Of a DNA stretch of 64,000 bases, positions 44,440 to 60,695 are shown piece after piece; within the stretch, counting starts at the first letter, position 1, and every line of letters begins with the position of its first letter. The notes below the pieces were generated by a model. It saw only the letters and a list, made by a program, of their open reading frames with translations. It made no database searches and was not told the DNA's origin. The translations under genes were made by a program, and so were the position numbers. This stretch comes from the human T2T-CHM13v2.0 reference genome, Homo sapiens: positions 13,568,001-13,632,000 of the forward strand of contig CP086569.2 of NCBI GenBank assembly GCA_009914755.4, given 5' to 3'.

Positions 44440-46440
44440 CTTTTTTTACGTTCTGTTTTGTTGAATGGTAATACAAGGTTGTTGAATTTAGTTAAATATT
44501 TTTTTCTACATCAAGATAAAGATCATGTGGTTTTTCTCCTTTTTTTGGTGATAGGGTATATTACATTGATTGGTATTCATGTATTGAACCAACTTTGCAT
44601 TGCAAAAATCCCATCTGATTATAATTTTTTCATGATACTGCTAAATTTGGTTTGCTAGTGTTTTGTTGAAGATTTTTGCATTTATATTTATCAGAAACAT
44701 TGGTCTGTAGTTTCTTTTTAGTAGAAAAGAAAGTGGAAAAGAAAACACTCACAGATTTAGTCTAAGAGGCCTGCATTACCTTTATTCCAAAGTCAATTTG
44801 TGAGTGTTTTCTTTATTTTTCAGGAAGACTTTCAGGATTTGTGATACGTATTCTTTAGATGTTTGTGTAATTCTTCAGTGAAGTCATGTGATCACAGACT
44901 TGTTGGTTGGAAAGTTTTTAATTAATGATTCAGCCTCCTTACTAGTTATAAATCTGTTCAGATTTTCTAATCCTTCATTATCTAGTCTTGGTACATTGTG
45001 TGTTTTTAGCAACTTACATTCATTTTTTGTAGCTTATCTAATTTAATGACATATAGTTGTTCAAAGTATTTTCTTAGACTCTTTTTTTCTGTTTGCATTG
45101 GTTGTATATCCCTTCTTTCAGCCTTGGTTTTAGTTATTTGAGGTTTTATTTTTTCCTCTTTATGTAAGTAGTGGTGTCAGTTGTGTTTATCTTTCAAACA
45201 GCCTCCTTTTGATTTGGTTGATCTTTTTTTTCTATTCTGTATTTTATTTATCTCTGCTATGATCTTTCTTCAGTTAGCTTCAGGTTTAGTTCTTTTTCTC
45301 CCTTAAGATTATAGTTGGGTTGTTAATTTCAGATTTAAGGCCAGCATTTTACAGGTATTAAACTTATAAACTTTAAAACTATGAACTTTTCCTCTAGCAT
45401 TGCTTTTGCTGTGTCCCATCAGTTTTGGTATGTTTTATTTTTAGTTTTTCTCGATATATTTTCTAATTGTCATTTTAATGTTTTCTGACCCATTGGCTCA
45501 GAATGTTTTGTTAAATTTTCACACATTTGTGGATTTCCAGTTTTCTTTCTGCTGTTGATTCTATTTTCATCCCATTGTTTTCTGAAAAGATACCTTATGT
45601 TGTTTCTGTTATTTTAATCTTATTAATACTTGATTTGATATGAGGTTTGTCTTGGGGAATGTGCCATATACACTTGAAAAGAATGTGTACTCTACTGTTG
45701 TTGGGTTAGTGTTCAGCATATGTCTAATTGTTTTATTGTTGAAATCCTCTATTTCCTTGTTGATTTTTTTTTTTTGTCTGGTTGGGTAGAAAGTGAGTTA
45801 GGGAAATTTTGTACTATTATTTTGTTGCTATCTATTTTTTCCTTTAATCTGTTAATATTGCTTTATATATTTTAGAGCTCTGCTTTTTGTTGCATATTTA
45901 CAGTTTTTTACCTTCCTAATGAATTACCTTTTTATGATTGTGTCTTTCCCTGTCTCTTGTGGAATTTTTTTATTTAGTCTATTTTGTGTGATATTAATAT
46001 AACAAACTCTGCTCTCATGTGGTTATTATATGCATGAAATATCCTTCTCCATTTTTTCACTTTGAAGCTATGGTTATTCTTTGATCACATAGTCTACTGT
46101 AGGACTCTTGTGAGTCTCTTATAGGGAAGGATAAGGTTGAACTTGCTTTTTTATCCTTGCAGCTCATCTATGTGTTTGATTGGAGAATCCATTTACACTT
46201 AAAGTATTTACTGAAAGGAAAGTATTAACTATTGTCAGTTAGTTACTTTTGCCTCGTATTTCTTGTGGATTTTTGCTTATTTTCTCTTTTACTGCCTTTT
46301 GTGTTTTGTTTATTTATTTTTTGGTAGCGATAAGTAGTTTCATTCTGTTTTCATTTTCATTGGTATATATTCTGTATTTTGTTTCTGGTTATAACTGCAA
46401 TAGGATCTTGTGACCTGTAGAGAGTTTACATAGTAAATTG
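44440..46440 (-). mobile_element. L1 (LINE-1) fragment, antisense, ORF2 5'-half region
   Basis: Matches to reverse-complement L1 ORF2 such as 'gatttttgcatttatatttatcagaaacattggtctgtagtttc', 'gaatgtgccatatacacttgaaaagaatgtgtactctactgttgttggg', and 'ctgttaatattgctttatatattttag'. Confidence 0.7.
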
Positions 46441-47383
46441 ATGTTGGACTATGCTTCATCTCTCTCCTCCCTAAAAAAAAATGCACTCCACAGAAAGCTT
46501 GCATATGCTTTTAGAGCAATTGGTTATTAATTCCTAAGTCATTCATAGATCTTACACCATCCTCACTTAAAGCAGCTTGTATACAAGGCAATCGATGAGG
46601 AAAAGGAAAGACATTGCCATTTTTTCAAGAATTTTCTGGAAGAAGAAGTTCAGATATTGGGTGGCTTTCAGTAGGGGAGCCTTGAACATATTTTATAGGC
46701 TAAGAAAAGTGAATCCAGGAAGAAACTGAGAAAAATTGAGAGAAGATTAGAGCAAGGTTTTTTTCATAAGTGGGGCATATATGTGGGATCAGGAGCCCCC
46801 AGGTAAGGGACAAAAGGAACAGACATGAGCAAGTTTGAAGTAGTGTTTAGTGAAGTGGCTGGTTTCTTTCTTACTTGCAGGAAAAACTTATTAAGTCATT
46901 TTTATTAGCAGCAGAACTAAAATAGAAAATGGGAGGGAGGGAGTTTTTTTAGTTTGTTTGTTTTAAAACCTATTTCATATAAAACATTTTGAATGAGAAT
47001 TTTTATGTATCAAAAAACAATGAAAGAGAAGACTATATGATAAGATGACCATATAGAGGTAGATTTATGTGTGTATATACTTCACGTTTGGTTTTTGTCC
47101 ATTTTCTTTTCAATCCTGCCCTTATGGAATAATATTAATTTGTAACTTGGTTTTCAATTTTATTTATTAAAGAACAATCTATGTCTGACTTAAATGTTTA
47201 GTTACCAGTCTTTAGTTTTTTTTTGATGAATATGGTCAGGAAAAACAGAATAGTATTGCATTGTTATAACGTTTTGTCTTGATTATTAATGAGATTGAAA
47301 GGGTATGTGTGTAGCGGTTTAATCATGGCAGACTTCCTATGTTAGAATCCCTTTTTCCACTAAGTACTGATTTGAGCAATTAA

Positions 47384-47693
<310 letters not shown>

Positions 47694-48015
47694 CAGCAAT
47701 TTACTTTTTTTTACTCTCTGTTTCTACTTACCTGTGAAGGTGGTTAATAACAACTACTAAATGGATTTGCTGAGTGAAATTAAGTGTTTCACATAGTGTC
47801 TGACTTCTAAAAAGTGCTGTTCTTAAATTTGTTATACACATATGTATTGGTCATGTGTGGTTTTTTGTTTATTTGATTTGTTTTACTTTAGTTTTTTATA
47901 TACTGTGCCTTACTCTGTTTCTCTCTCTCTCTTTTTTCTTGGCAGTGTGTTTTGGACACATAGATATCACTGATTATTCTTTTCTACCTTGCTTTGATTT
48001 CAAGTTTTAATTTTT

Positions 48016-48321
<306 letters not shown>

Positions 48322-49180
48322 TTAATTTTTATGGAAACAAACCTAGTTCTCAATCAGTGACACATCAGATTAAGCTTGGAGATTTTAAAGAAGTGCTGAT
48401 TATTAGGTCTCAGATGTTTTGCTGTTTGGTCTAGGCTGGAACTTGGACATTAGCAGTCCTCTAGAAGTACTTCAGGAAATGCTAATTTGCAATTTAGTAT
48501 GAAAACCACTGGACTAATGAATATGGAATGTAAAGGATTTGGTGGCGTTTTCCCATACTCCTATCAGATTGCAGTGAACCCTAACCAGTAAATTTCTGTG
48601 TCCTCTAGTCCTGTTAAGATTCTTTGAATATACTGTTGATTCTCCTGAAGGACTATTAAAAAGGACCTTGGGAAAAAAGACTTGTCAAAGTGGAAACGTG
48701 AGCTCACTTGACAGATTTGATGGTTTTGGAGAAATATGGTATAATTTAAACCCTTTCCAAAGAAGTTACCCGAAAGTTTTAAATTTTATATTTAAATCAC
48801 TTAAAAAATTATCTTAAAAGCCATTTATAACGCTCTGATACAATGATGTGTTGACTGTGCATTGTCTTGAATTCTTTGTAAAAATCTAATACTAGTTTCC
48901 TTATGTTTAGGTATTAAATTTTCACAGTATATATAAGGCAGCAATTGATAGGCCTTTCACAGATTCTTCTGTAAGTTAAAAATGACAACCAAGAAGCTTA
49001 CTTATTTTTCTGGAATGTTATATAATATATGGCATGTTTCCTGGCATAACTGCTTGTACAATAGTGTGAATTTCTTAAGGGAAGTAAAACTGTAAATACA
49101 CATTTAGCTTTTTATTTCTCTCATTTTTATAATCCTCTGTTATTAACTGTAAAGACTGGTGATTTTAGTGTACATATTAA

Positions 49181-49503
<323 letters not shown>

Positions 49504-49724
49504 CTCTTACTGGTCTTTTTAATATGTAAGACAGTGGTACCTTTTTTCCTTTTAGGTTATGAAATGGTCTCTGCAAGATGTTTTGTCCTTGAATTGGAAA
49601 TTTTTAAGGCTGATATATGCTGGTACTTCATCTTCTATATGTGGACTATAATTTCTTCCCTTAGGATAACTACATAAAGAGACAAAAAAAAGAAAAAAGA
49701 GCAAAGATCTGTGCTGTGTCAAGT

Positions 49725-49820
49725 ATGACAGCCATCACTCATGGCTCTCCAGTAGGAGGGAACGACAGCCAGGGCCAGGTTCTTGATGGCCAGTCTCAGC
49801 ATCTCTTCCAACAGAACCAG
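49725..49820 (+). CDS. USP9Y: USP9Y start-codon exon, coding part (exon spans 49665-49820; 49665-49724 is 5'UTR after acceptor 'tcttcccttag|gataac')
   Basis: ATG at 49725 in Kozak context (A at -3). 32 codons [32 protein letters not shown], then donor 'cag|gtaggagt' at 49820|49821. Matches the recalled USP9Y N-terminus; USP9X reads [32 protein letters not shown]. Confidence 0.85.
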
Positions 49821-49946
49821 GTAGGAGTAAGACTGTGTTGTTTTGAGTACTGTGAAATACAAAATTGTGAAACATGTCCTGAATGATTTGTAAAGTAATC
49901 ATAAAATATGTGGTTATTTTAAGTTACACGTGAAAAAAGTGACTGT

Positions 49947-50259
<313 letters not shown>

Positions 50260-50379
50260 TTAGTGAAAGGAAACCTTGATTACTGTACATGGTTGAGAAT
50301 GTAGCCCTGTGTTTTTCTGTATCTAAGGTCCCATGTGAATCTGAGGGCAAAAGTATTAAATTAGTCCCTGTAACCTTAG

Positions 50380-50580
50380 TTATAAGCACAGACTTCAGGC
50401 AGCTATTTATATTCAAACCCCACTTTATAAGATTATCTTATGACTCTAACTGCTATAATACCTAAGCCTCAGTTTTCATATCTATAAAACAAGGATAAGT
50501 GAAATAATATTTCTAAAAGGTTTAACATAGATTTAATATCAAAGTTCTGTGCTGACCTATTTGGAAATAATTACTTCTTT
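50380..50580 (+). mobile_element. MIR (ancient SINE) fragment
   Basis: MIR core-like 'ctataatacctaagcctcagttttcatatctataaaacaaggataagtgaaataat' (consensus 'gcctcagtttcctcatctgtaaaatggggataataata'). Confidence 0.45.
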
Positions 50581-50599
50581 TACTATACTGTTAGATTTT

Positions 50600-53300
50600 T
50601 TTGTAAGATACATGAAGCTTCTAATGTTAGTAATTTGCCTTTACTTTTTCTTGGCTTTTTTCCTAGGGTGATTCATTAATTGCATTGAGCTAATGTTTTC
50701 AGGGTTTTGGCTTTTTAATTCCCATTTGTGTGTTTTTTTTTCCTTTTTCTAAGATTCATTCTTTTGCTTTCTTTAGGTTTTGTTTGCTGTTCATTTTCTA
50801 GTTCCTTGAAGTAGTATTTTGTTGATATTTGGATTTATGTTTATGATATATTGGTCTAGTTTTCGTGCAATATATTTGGTTGTTGATGTGAGGGTAATGC
50901 TGACCTCATAGAATGGCCTAGAAAGAAAGTATTCCCTTTGCTTCCATCTGGTGGAAAAAAACGGTAGAGAATTGATATATTTGAGAGAATTTACCACTGA
51001 GCCTTTCTGGGCATTGTGCTTTCTGTTTCAGAAGATTGTTATTTATTGACTGTTTATTTAGAAAATATTGCCAATTCAAATGATCTGTTTCTTTTCTGAG
51101 TTTTGGCAGATTATGTCTTTAAAGGAATTTCTGGTAGGTGTAGAGCTGTTCATAGTATTCCTTTATTATCCTTCAATGCAGCAGCCCCAACCCTTTTAGG
51201 ACCAGCAACTGCTTTTGTGGAAGACAATTTTTCCATCGATGGGGGGATGTAAAATGGTTTTGGGATGAAACTGTTCCACCTCAGAACATCAGGCATTAGT
51301 TAGATTCTCATAAGGAGCATGCACCCTAGATCCCTCACATTGATTCAGTTTACAATAGGGTTCAGGCTCCTGTGACATTCTAATGTGTCTGCTCATGTGG
51401 CAGGAGTTGGGGCTCAGGTGCTAATGCTGGCTCACCTGACACTCACCTTCTGCTGTGCAGCCTGGTTCTTAACAGGACACGGACTGGTACCGTCTGTGAC
51501 CTGAGGCTTGGGGATCCCTTAATGAGTATGGCATCTGTATTATATGTCCCTTGTTTCAATTCTGTAATTAATAATTTGTGTCTTCTTTTTTCTTAGTCTG
51601 GCTAGAGGTTTATTGATGTTTTCAAAGAACCAGTGTGTATGGTTTTGCTGATTTTTCTGTTAATTTCTTGTCATTTTCATTCCTGCTGTAGTTTTTTTCT
51701 GCTTACTTTGGAATTTGTACTTCTTGATAGTTTTTTTTTTTTAATGGAAGCTTTGATTATTGATTTAAGAGTTTCTTTTTAATATATGCATTCAATGGTA
51801 TAAATTTTTGTCTTAGTTGTGCTTTTGCTGTATTCCACAAATTTTAAGTTGGATTTTCACTTTGTACAAATTTTATTTTTATTTCTCTTGAGCTTTCTTT
51901 CTCTCTGTCTTTTATTTTTCTGTTTTAGACTGAGTCTTGCTGTGTTACCCAGGCTGCAGTGCAGTGGCTTGATCTTGGCTTACTGAAACCGCTGCCTGCT
52001 GGGTTCAAGCAATTCTCCTGCCTCAGCCTCCTGAATAGCTGGGATCACAGGTGTGCGACACCACACCTAATTTTTGTATTTTTAGTAGAGATGGGGTTTC
52101 ACCATGTTGGTCAGGCTGTTCTCGAACTCCTGACCCTTGTGATCCACCTGCCTCAGCCTCCCAAAGTGCTGGGATTACAGGCATGAGCCACTGTGACCAG
52201 CCCTTTCTCTTTCTTTCTAAATAACTCACGTTATTTAGAAGTGTGTTAGTAACGAAATATTTTAGGATTTTACAACTGTCTTTTAGTGAGTTCTGGTTTA
52301 ATGCTATTGTGGCCTGAAAGCATGTGTTTTATTATTTTTATTTTAAATTTATTAAGGTGAGCTTTATGGCCACTGGGCGGGTTATCTTGGTGAATGTTCC
52401 CAGTGCACTTAGGAAGAAGGTATACTCACTGTTGTGGGGGAAATAATCTAGAGATATCAGTTAGATCCAGTTGATGGATGACGCTGTTTAGTTTTTTATG
52501 TTTCTACTGATATAGTCTGCTGAATCTGTCCATTTCTCATGGAAAAGTGTTGAACTCTCAAACTATCTTAATGGATCAATCTAGTCCTGCTTGCATTTAT
52601 ATCACTTTTTGCCTCACATATTATGGGGCCATATTGTTAGGAGCATATACATTAAAGATATTTCCAGCTTTTTGAATTGACCACATATATAATGTTGTTG
52701 TTTATTCCTGATAATTTTCCTTCACTGAAGTTCACTTTGTGAAGTTAGTATAGCTAATTTTCCTTTGTTTTGATTAGTATTAGCTTGGTATGTTTTTCTT
52801 CATTCCTTTAATTCTAATCTACATCTTTATATTTAAAGTGGGTTTCCTATGGACAGCATATAGTTGACTTTTGTTTTTTGATCTACTCTGATAATCTTTT
52901 AATAGGTATATTTAGGCCATTGATATTGAAGGTGATTATTGATATAGTTGTGTTAGTAACTACACTATTTGTTATTATTCTCCATTTGTTACCCTTATTG
53001 TTTGTTACTGTGTCCATTTTTTCTGCCTTTTGTGGTTGTAATTGAACATTCTATATATTTTTTTCTTTTCTAAGCTTATTAATCATAGGCTTTTATTTTT
53101 TATTTTTAAATTTTTTAGTGATTGCCCTAGAATTTGCAATATGCATTTATACCAAATCCGTAAGTCCACTTTCCAAAGTGGAGTACATGTACTATCATAA
53201 CAAAATATCTGTAATTGTTTCCTCCTGTTCTTGTATCATTGCTGTCTTTCATTTCATTTTTACGTAAGCTGTAATCATTGAATACGTTGTTGTTAATGCT
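50600..53300 (-). mobile_element. Second L1 fragment, antisense (ORF2 region and upstream), interrupted by the Alu at 51926-52202; independent of the fragment at 44440-46440
   Basis: 'gtgagggtaatgctgacctcatagaatggcctagaaagaaagtattccc' and 'gttcccagtgcacttaggaagaaggtatactcactgttgtggggg' match reverse-complement ORF2. The same ORF2 segment also occurs in the first fragment. Confidence 0.7.
51926..52202 (-). mobile_element. Alu, antisense, inserted in the L1 fragment
   Basis: 'tttagactgagtcttgctgtgttacccaggctgcagtgcagtggcttg...ggcatgagccactgtgaccagcc'. Confidence 0.85.
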
Positions 53301-53301
53301 A

Positions 53302-53611
53302 TTTTAATTTATTTTATTATTTTTTGAGACAGGCATCACTGTCAACCCAGGCTAGAATGCAGTAACATGATTTTAGCTTACAGTAGTGTTGAACTCCTGG
53401 GATCAAGTGTTGTTCCCACCTCAGCCTCCAAGGTAGCTAGGACTACAGGCATGCACCAACATATCTGGCTTTTTTTTTTTTTTTTTTTTAACTTTTGTAG
53501 AGGCTCTCACTATGTTTCCCAGGCTAGTCTCAAACTCCTGGACTCAAGCAACCCTCCCACTTGAGCCCTCCCAAGTCACTGGTATTACAGACAAAAGCCA
53601 CTGTGCCCAGC
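53302..53611 (-). mobile_element. Diverged AluJ-like element, antisense
   Basis: 'ttttttgagacaggcatcactgtcaacccaggctagaatgcagtaacatg...caaaagccactgtgcccagc'. Confidence 0.7.
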
Positions 53612-54113
53612 TGCTAATTTTATTTTAAAGAAACCATTATGTCTTAGATCATTTAAGATAAAAAGAAGAGTTTTTATGTTACCTTCATGCATTACTTACA
53701 GAATGCTTTTCTTTTGAAGATGTTTCTGTTGTATATCATTTTTCTACTCTCAGAAAAACTTGCAGAGCAGATACATTGACAACAAATTCTCTTAACTTTT
53801 GTCTGAGCAAGTTTCTATTTCTCCACTTTTTAAGTATACTTTTGCAGAATACAGAATTCTAGATAGGTAGTTGTTTTCTCTCAACACTTATAGATATTTT
53901 ATTCCAGTCTCTTGCTTATATGATTTCTTAGACCAAACCCAGTGTAATTCTAATCATTGCTTTGCTTATAGGTAAGATGTTTGCCTGTAGCATGTTTCAA
54001 ACTTTTTATTTTTCATCTTCTGCAATTTGAATGTATTTCTAGATGTACTCTTTTTTTTGTTTTTTTTTTTTTTTTTGGCATTTATCTAGCTTGGAATTCT
54101 CTGAGCTTCCTGA

Positions 54114-54608
<495 letters not shown>

Positions 54609-54727
54609 TGAATCTTTTTTAGAATTTCTCTCTCTTTGCTTACATTAACTACCTTCTCATGTCATCTACTTTATTCATTAGAGCCCTTAGTGCATTAATG
54701 GTAGTTATATTTCCATCTGATAAATCT

Positions 54728-55030
54728 TTTTATTTGGAGACAGGCTATCACTGTGTTTCCCAGGCTGGAGTGCGGTGGCGGGATCTTGGCTCACCACAGT
54801 CTCTCCCTCGTGTGCTGAAGCTATTCTCCCATGTCAGCCTCCCAAGTAGCTGAGACTACAGGCATGTGCTACCACGCCTGGCTGATTTTTGTGTTTTTTT
54901 TTTTTTTTTTTTGTAGAGATGGGGTTTTACCATGTTGCCCAGCCAAGTCTTGAACTCCTGGATTCAAGCTACCCACCTGCAATCGCCTCCCAAAGTGCTG
55001 GCATTACAGGCTTGAGTCACTGCGTCCGGC
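54728..55030 (-). mobile_element. Alu, antisense; TSD 'tccatctg(a)taaatct'
   Basis: 'tttttatttggagacaggctatcactgtgtttcccaggctggagtgcggtggcgg...gagtcactgcgtccggcc'. Confidence 0.85.
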
Positions 55031-55600
55031 CTCCATCTGTTAAATCTAACATTCCTGTTACATCTGAGTATGAATTTGATGCTTGCTCTGTCTCTTCAAA
55101 CAGTTTTTTTGTCTTTTAGTATGCATTGTAATTTTTTCTTCAGAGATGCACATTAAGTACTATGTAGAAAGGAACTTTGGCAGATGGGCTCTAGTAATGT
55201 ACTACTGGTAAGGTATTCGGGTAGGGGAAGCAATCTGTAATCTTACGATTAAGTCTCAATGTCGTAGTGAGCCTGTGGCCTTTGGGCTGTGGCTTAGATG
55301 GAACATGATGGGTATAGGGAGCTGGAATTGGAGTTTTTAGTTCTACCATGTAGAATGCTGTAGCAGGCTAGAGTTGAGTATTTTTTTTCCTTTAGGTCTC
55401 TTAGTCATTAAAAAACCTCAGTAGTATAAACTAGTTTCTCTTGAGGGCTTTCTTTTAACAGAACAGAATGTCCTTATGTATTTCAAAATGGCTACTTTGC
55501 ATCTTTCCCTCCGAGAAGCTCAAGGGACTTTTTTCTTATCTTTTCAGGGAAAGGTTAAAAAAAAAATTGTTCATTCCCATAAAATTTGGCTTCTTAGTAG

Positions 55601-55889
55601 TTTTTTTTTTTTTTGAGAGGGAGTCTCGCTGCGTTTCCCAGGCTGTGGTGCAGTGGTGCGATGTCGGCTCACTGCAACCACCGCCTCCCAGGTTCAAGCA
55701 ATTCTCTGCCTCAGCTTCCTGAGTAGCTGGGAATACAAGCACCACCACCCCTAGCTTATTTTTGTATTTTTAGTAGAGATGGAGTTTTACCATCTTGGCC
55801 AGGCTGCTCTTGAACTCCTGACGTCATGATCCACCCACTTCAGCCTCCCAAAGTGTTGGGATTACACAAGTGAGCCACCACGCCCAGCC
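55601..55889 (-). mobile_element. Alu, antisense; TSD 'tcttagt(a/g)gttttt'
   Basis: Poly-T then 'gagagggagtctcgctgcgtttcccaggctgtggtgcagtggtgcg...gtgagccaccacgcccagcc'. Confidence 0.85.
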
Positions 55890-56824
55890 TCTTAGTGGTT
55901 TTTAACTTGCATTGCATACTTCCCACCATGAGCCTTCAATAATTCTTTAATTACAGTTTAGGTTATCATACCTTGGGACTGGTTGCCACAGAGGTTTAAG
56001 ATCTACTCAGATTGTCTATTTCTTTATAACTTGTTCTTGGCGTAGATTGTATGCCTCTGGGAATTTGTCCTTTTATCCAGGTCATGCAGTTTGCTGAGAT
56101 ACAGTGGTTTATAGGATGCACTGATAATCCTTAACTTTTTTGTATAAAATTCATTAATGCCTCTTTTATTTTTAATATTAATTATTTGACTCTTCTCTTT
56201 TTCTTAGTCAATCTAGCTAAAGGTTTAGCAGCTCTTTATTTTTTTCAGGAACAGAATTTTGATTTCATTGGTTTTTCTTAGTTGTTTTTCTAGTCTCTAT
56301 TTTGCTTACATCTGTGCTCGCTTTTGCTTTAATGTGTCACTTAATGAAGGCATATGTTCTGAGAAATGCATTGTCAGGTGATTTCACTGTCTTGCAAACA
56401 TCATAGTGTGCTTACACAAACCTGGATGGTATAACCTACTACACATGTAGGCCAGTTATTGCCCTAGGCTACTAACCTGTTAGCATGAGTTGAATATGGT
56501 AGGCAATTGTAATACAATGGTAAGTTCTAAACAGAAAAAATTTAGTAAAAATGGACTATTGCAATATTATGAGATGACCATTGTATATTTAGTTCATCTT
56601 GAATGAAATGTTTTGTGGAGCATGGATGTATTTTGTTATTCTTTTAGTTCTTTAAGGTGCAAATTTGGTTGTTGATTTGAGATCTTTTTTTAAAGTACTT
56701 TATAAGGTTTCCTCAGCACTGGTTCTGCTCTATCCCATAAATTTGGCATTTTTTCATTTTCATTTGCCTCACATATTATATAGTTTCTATAGGATTTCTC
56801 CTCTTTGATGGATGGGCCATTTAA

Positions 56825-57185
<361 letters not shown>

Positions 57186-58954
57186 TCTTCTGCTATTGAT
57201 TTCTACTTTAATTGTATCCTGATCTGAAAAGAAACTTTTTATGAGTTAAGTCTTCCTATATTTGTTAAGATTTGTTTTGTGGCATTACGTATCCTGATGC
57301 ATGTTCCATGTGCCCTTGCAAAGAATGTGTATTCTGCTACTGTTGTGTATGTAGAGCAGGAATCCCTAGTCCCCAGGTCGGACCAGTACCACACTGTGGC
57401 CTGTTAGGAAGCAGGTCGTACAGCAGAAGGTGAGCATCAGGCTGGTGAGCGAGCATTACCATCTGAGCCCCAACTCCTGTCAGATCAATGGCAGCATTAG
57501 ATTCTCATAGGAGCATGAACCTTACTGTGAACTATGCATGCGAGGGATGTAGGTTGCGTGCTCCTTATGAGAAATCTAGTATCTCATGATCACAGGTTTC
57601 ATCCTGAACCCTCCCACCCCTCAACTGGCTCCATCCATGGAAAAATTATTAATTATTGTTGTTAATCTCTTACTGTGCCTGATTTATGAACTTTAACTTT
57701 ATCATAGATATGTATGGATAGGCTTGACTGTGACTGTGGTGGGTCCATTTCCACAATGGTTTCCTCACATGGCGGTTGGGTAGAGGCCTGTTTCTTAACC
57801 ATGCGGATCCCCTCGTAGGGCTGCCTGAGTGACTTCAGACATGGCAGTTAACCTCTGCCAGAGAAATTGACCTAAAAGAGAGGGAAGAAAAAGCCATGAT
57901 ACCTTTCATGACCTAGACTCACAAATCACATTGTCATTTCCAAAGTATCCCTATCTGTACGTTCTAGGCCAGAAACACACCTAAGGGTTATGTTCATATG
58001 ACATCATTAATCTGAAAGTTTACTTACATTATTATTACCTTTCCATTTTAGAGAATATAACTATTTTCTCACTGGCCAGAATGGGGTTGGTTAATTCAAG
58101 CTTAGAGACTGTTGAATCAGAGATAGGTAAGATTCAGTGGTCTTCTATTTTGTTCTTCCTTTTCAGTAGACCATAGTGGGGCTCTTCCCATTGTTTCAGT
58201 GAAACAATGGTGAAATGTTTCACTCTCTTCTTTGGAGGCCACCATTAGGTTTTATTATTCCCAACTATGGCATAATATCCTGATAGGAAATCCTGATTTC
58301 CTATATCCTGATAGGAAATCAAACTTTCTGCTTCAAGCCTTGTAAATAATGTGTTAAAGTTATGCTGAAGCTCATCTTCCCACACTTTCTGTGACTTTCC
58401 ACACTTTCCGTGATTTTCCACCTGCATCTGCAGTGGATTTTGAGCTAGTTTTGAGCCTGCTGCCCATATCCACTGTAGGCAGAATTGTATTGGAATGAAA
58501 TCATTAATCGCAGTTATCTTGTCTATATGTTTCTGGAGTATTCCGTTTTTCTTACCCAGGTAGCTTCTGCAGTTTTTTAAGCAAGCAACTAATTTTAGCC
58601 ACTTCTCAGTTATAGGCAGATGCAGTAATCTGTTGCTAAGTATCACATCTGACTTGGAAGTTGAAACCCACGTGCATGTGCTTTTTGTTTCTCTTGCTTT
58701 TTAAATTTCTATTTGTTTGGCTACAGACAGTAAACGTCACTTGGTTTATACATAATGTATGCATAATATACAGGTATTGGGTTTGACAAATGAAAGACTG
58801 TAACCAGCAGTATAATGAACATGTAAAATACAAAAATTTATTTGCACTGCCCTTGTATATTTAAGTCTTCCATTTTCAGTTCCTGGCAACTGCTGATCTG
58901 CTCTTCATTTGTATGTTTTGCCTTTTTCTTTTTCTTTTGTTTCCTTAACTAGAG

Positions 58955-59068
58955 ATAGGGTCTCCCTATGTTGTCCAGGCTGGTCTCAAACTCCTGGGTT
59001 TAATCAGTCCTCCCATCTTCACCTCCCAAAATGCTGGTATTACGGATGTGAGCTACCATACCGCATAG
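58955..59068 (-). mobile_element. Free Alu-monomer-like fragment (FLAM/FRAM-like), antisense
   Basis: 'agagatagggtctccctatgttgtccaggctggtctcaaactcctgggtttaatcagtcctcccatcttcacctcccaaaatgctggtattacggatgtgagctaccata'. Confidence 0.5.
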
Positions 59069-59957
59069 TTTGTCTTTTCTAAATCATGCTGACTTAATCT
59101 TTCGAGATTTTGCATTATGCATTTAGTATTCTTCCATATTGTTACATGCAACAAAAGTTTTTTCCTGTCAATTGCTGAGTAGTATTTTATTGCATAAATG
59201 TACTAGTTTGTCCATTTGCCTGTTGAAGGACAGTTGGGTGACTGAAAGACTGAAAAAGAAATAAATAACTATAATTTCAGTTTCTGAGTACAGACTTGTA
59301 ACCACCAGTATAATGGTTCTGAGTACAGAAACTGATATTACAGTTTTAAAATCTTGCAATAAAGAAAACATAGGAAAGTTCTATTAAACATTTAAGAAAT
59401 GAGGTCAATTCTATACAGTCCTCTTCCAGACATACTTTTCAATTTCATCTTCCTAAAACATAATTGGTATTTGTAAGGAAGACATTTATGTGTTGCTTAA
59501 GTTAAATATTTTAATCTCTTTAATTATGAGGTGTTAATTCTTGATGTTTTGAGGAATCCAGCTTCATTGCCTTTTCTTATTTGTCTCTCTCAAGGGAAAC
59601 TGAGGAAGAAGAAGAGTAACAGCAATAGGAACCTGTAATCCCTAGTTAGGAATTTTTGTGTCTAAACTATTGGTTATTATTAAGGAACGAAGAGTTTTTT
59701 TGGAACAGATTGTGAATCTATAATTATAATCTATAATCTAAGTTTAAAAAAGTAGGTTTGTACAGAATTTATGTAGTATATAGTCAAACTAAATTATTAG
59801 AACCTAAATTGATGAAGACACTGTAAACACAAAGGTGCATGTGAGGGTGAAGATTAGTGTTATCTTTGATAATGTAGTTTGGGAATATAGCCTTAAAAGG
59901 AATAGTTTATCTTGTTTAGTTAGTCATTACTTCAGTATCCTATCCTTAAGGAGATAA

Positions 59958-60363
<406 letters not shown>

Positions 60364-60374
60364 GCCATTAGTTA

Positions 60375-60695
<321 letters not shown>

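Noticed and set aside
58245-58646. 133-aa ORF on the minus strand in non-Alu intronic DNA
   Set aside because: No start context, splice sites or homology I can recognise. The region contains short tandem duplications ('atcctgataggaaatc' x2, 'cacactttc.gtga.tttccac' x2) typical of degenerate repeat DNA. Most likely a chance ORF in AT-rich sequence.
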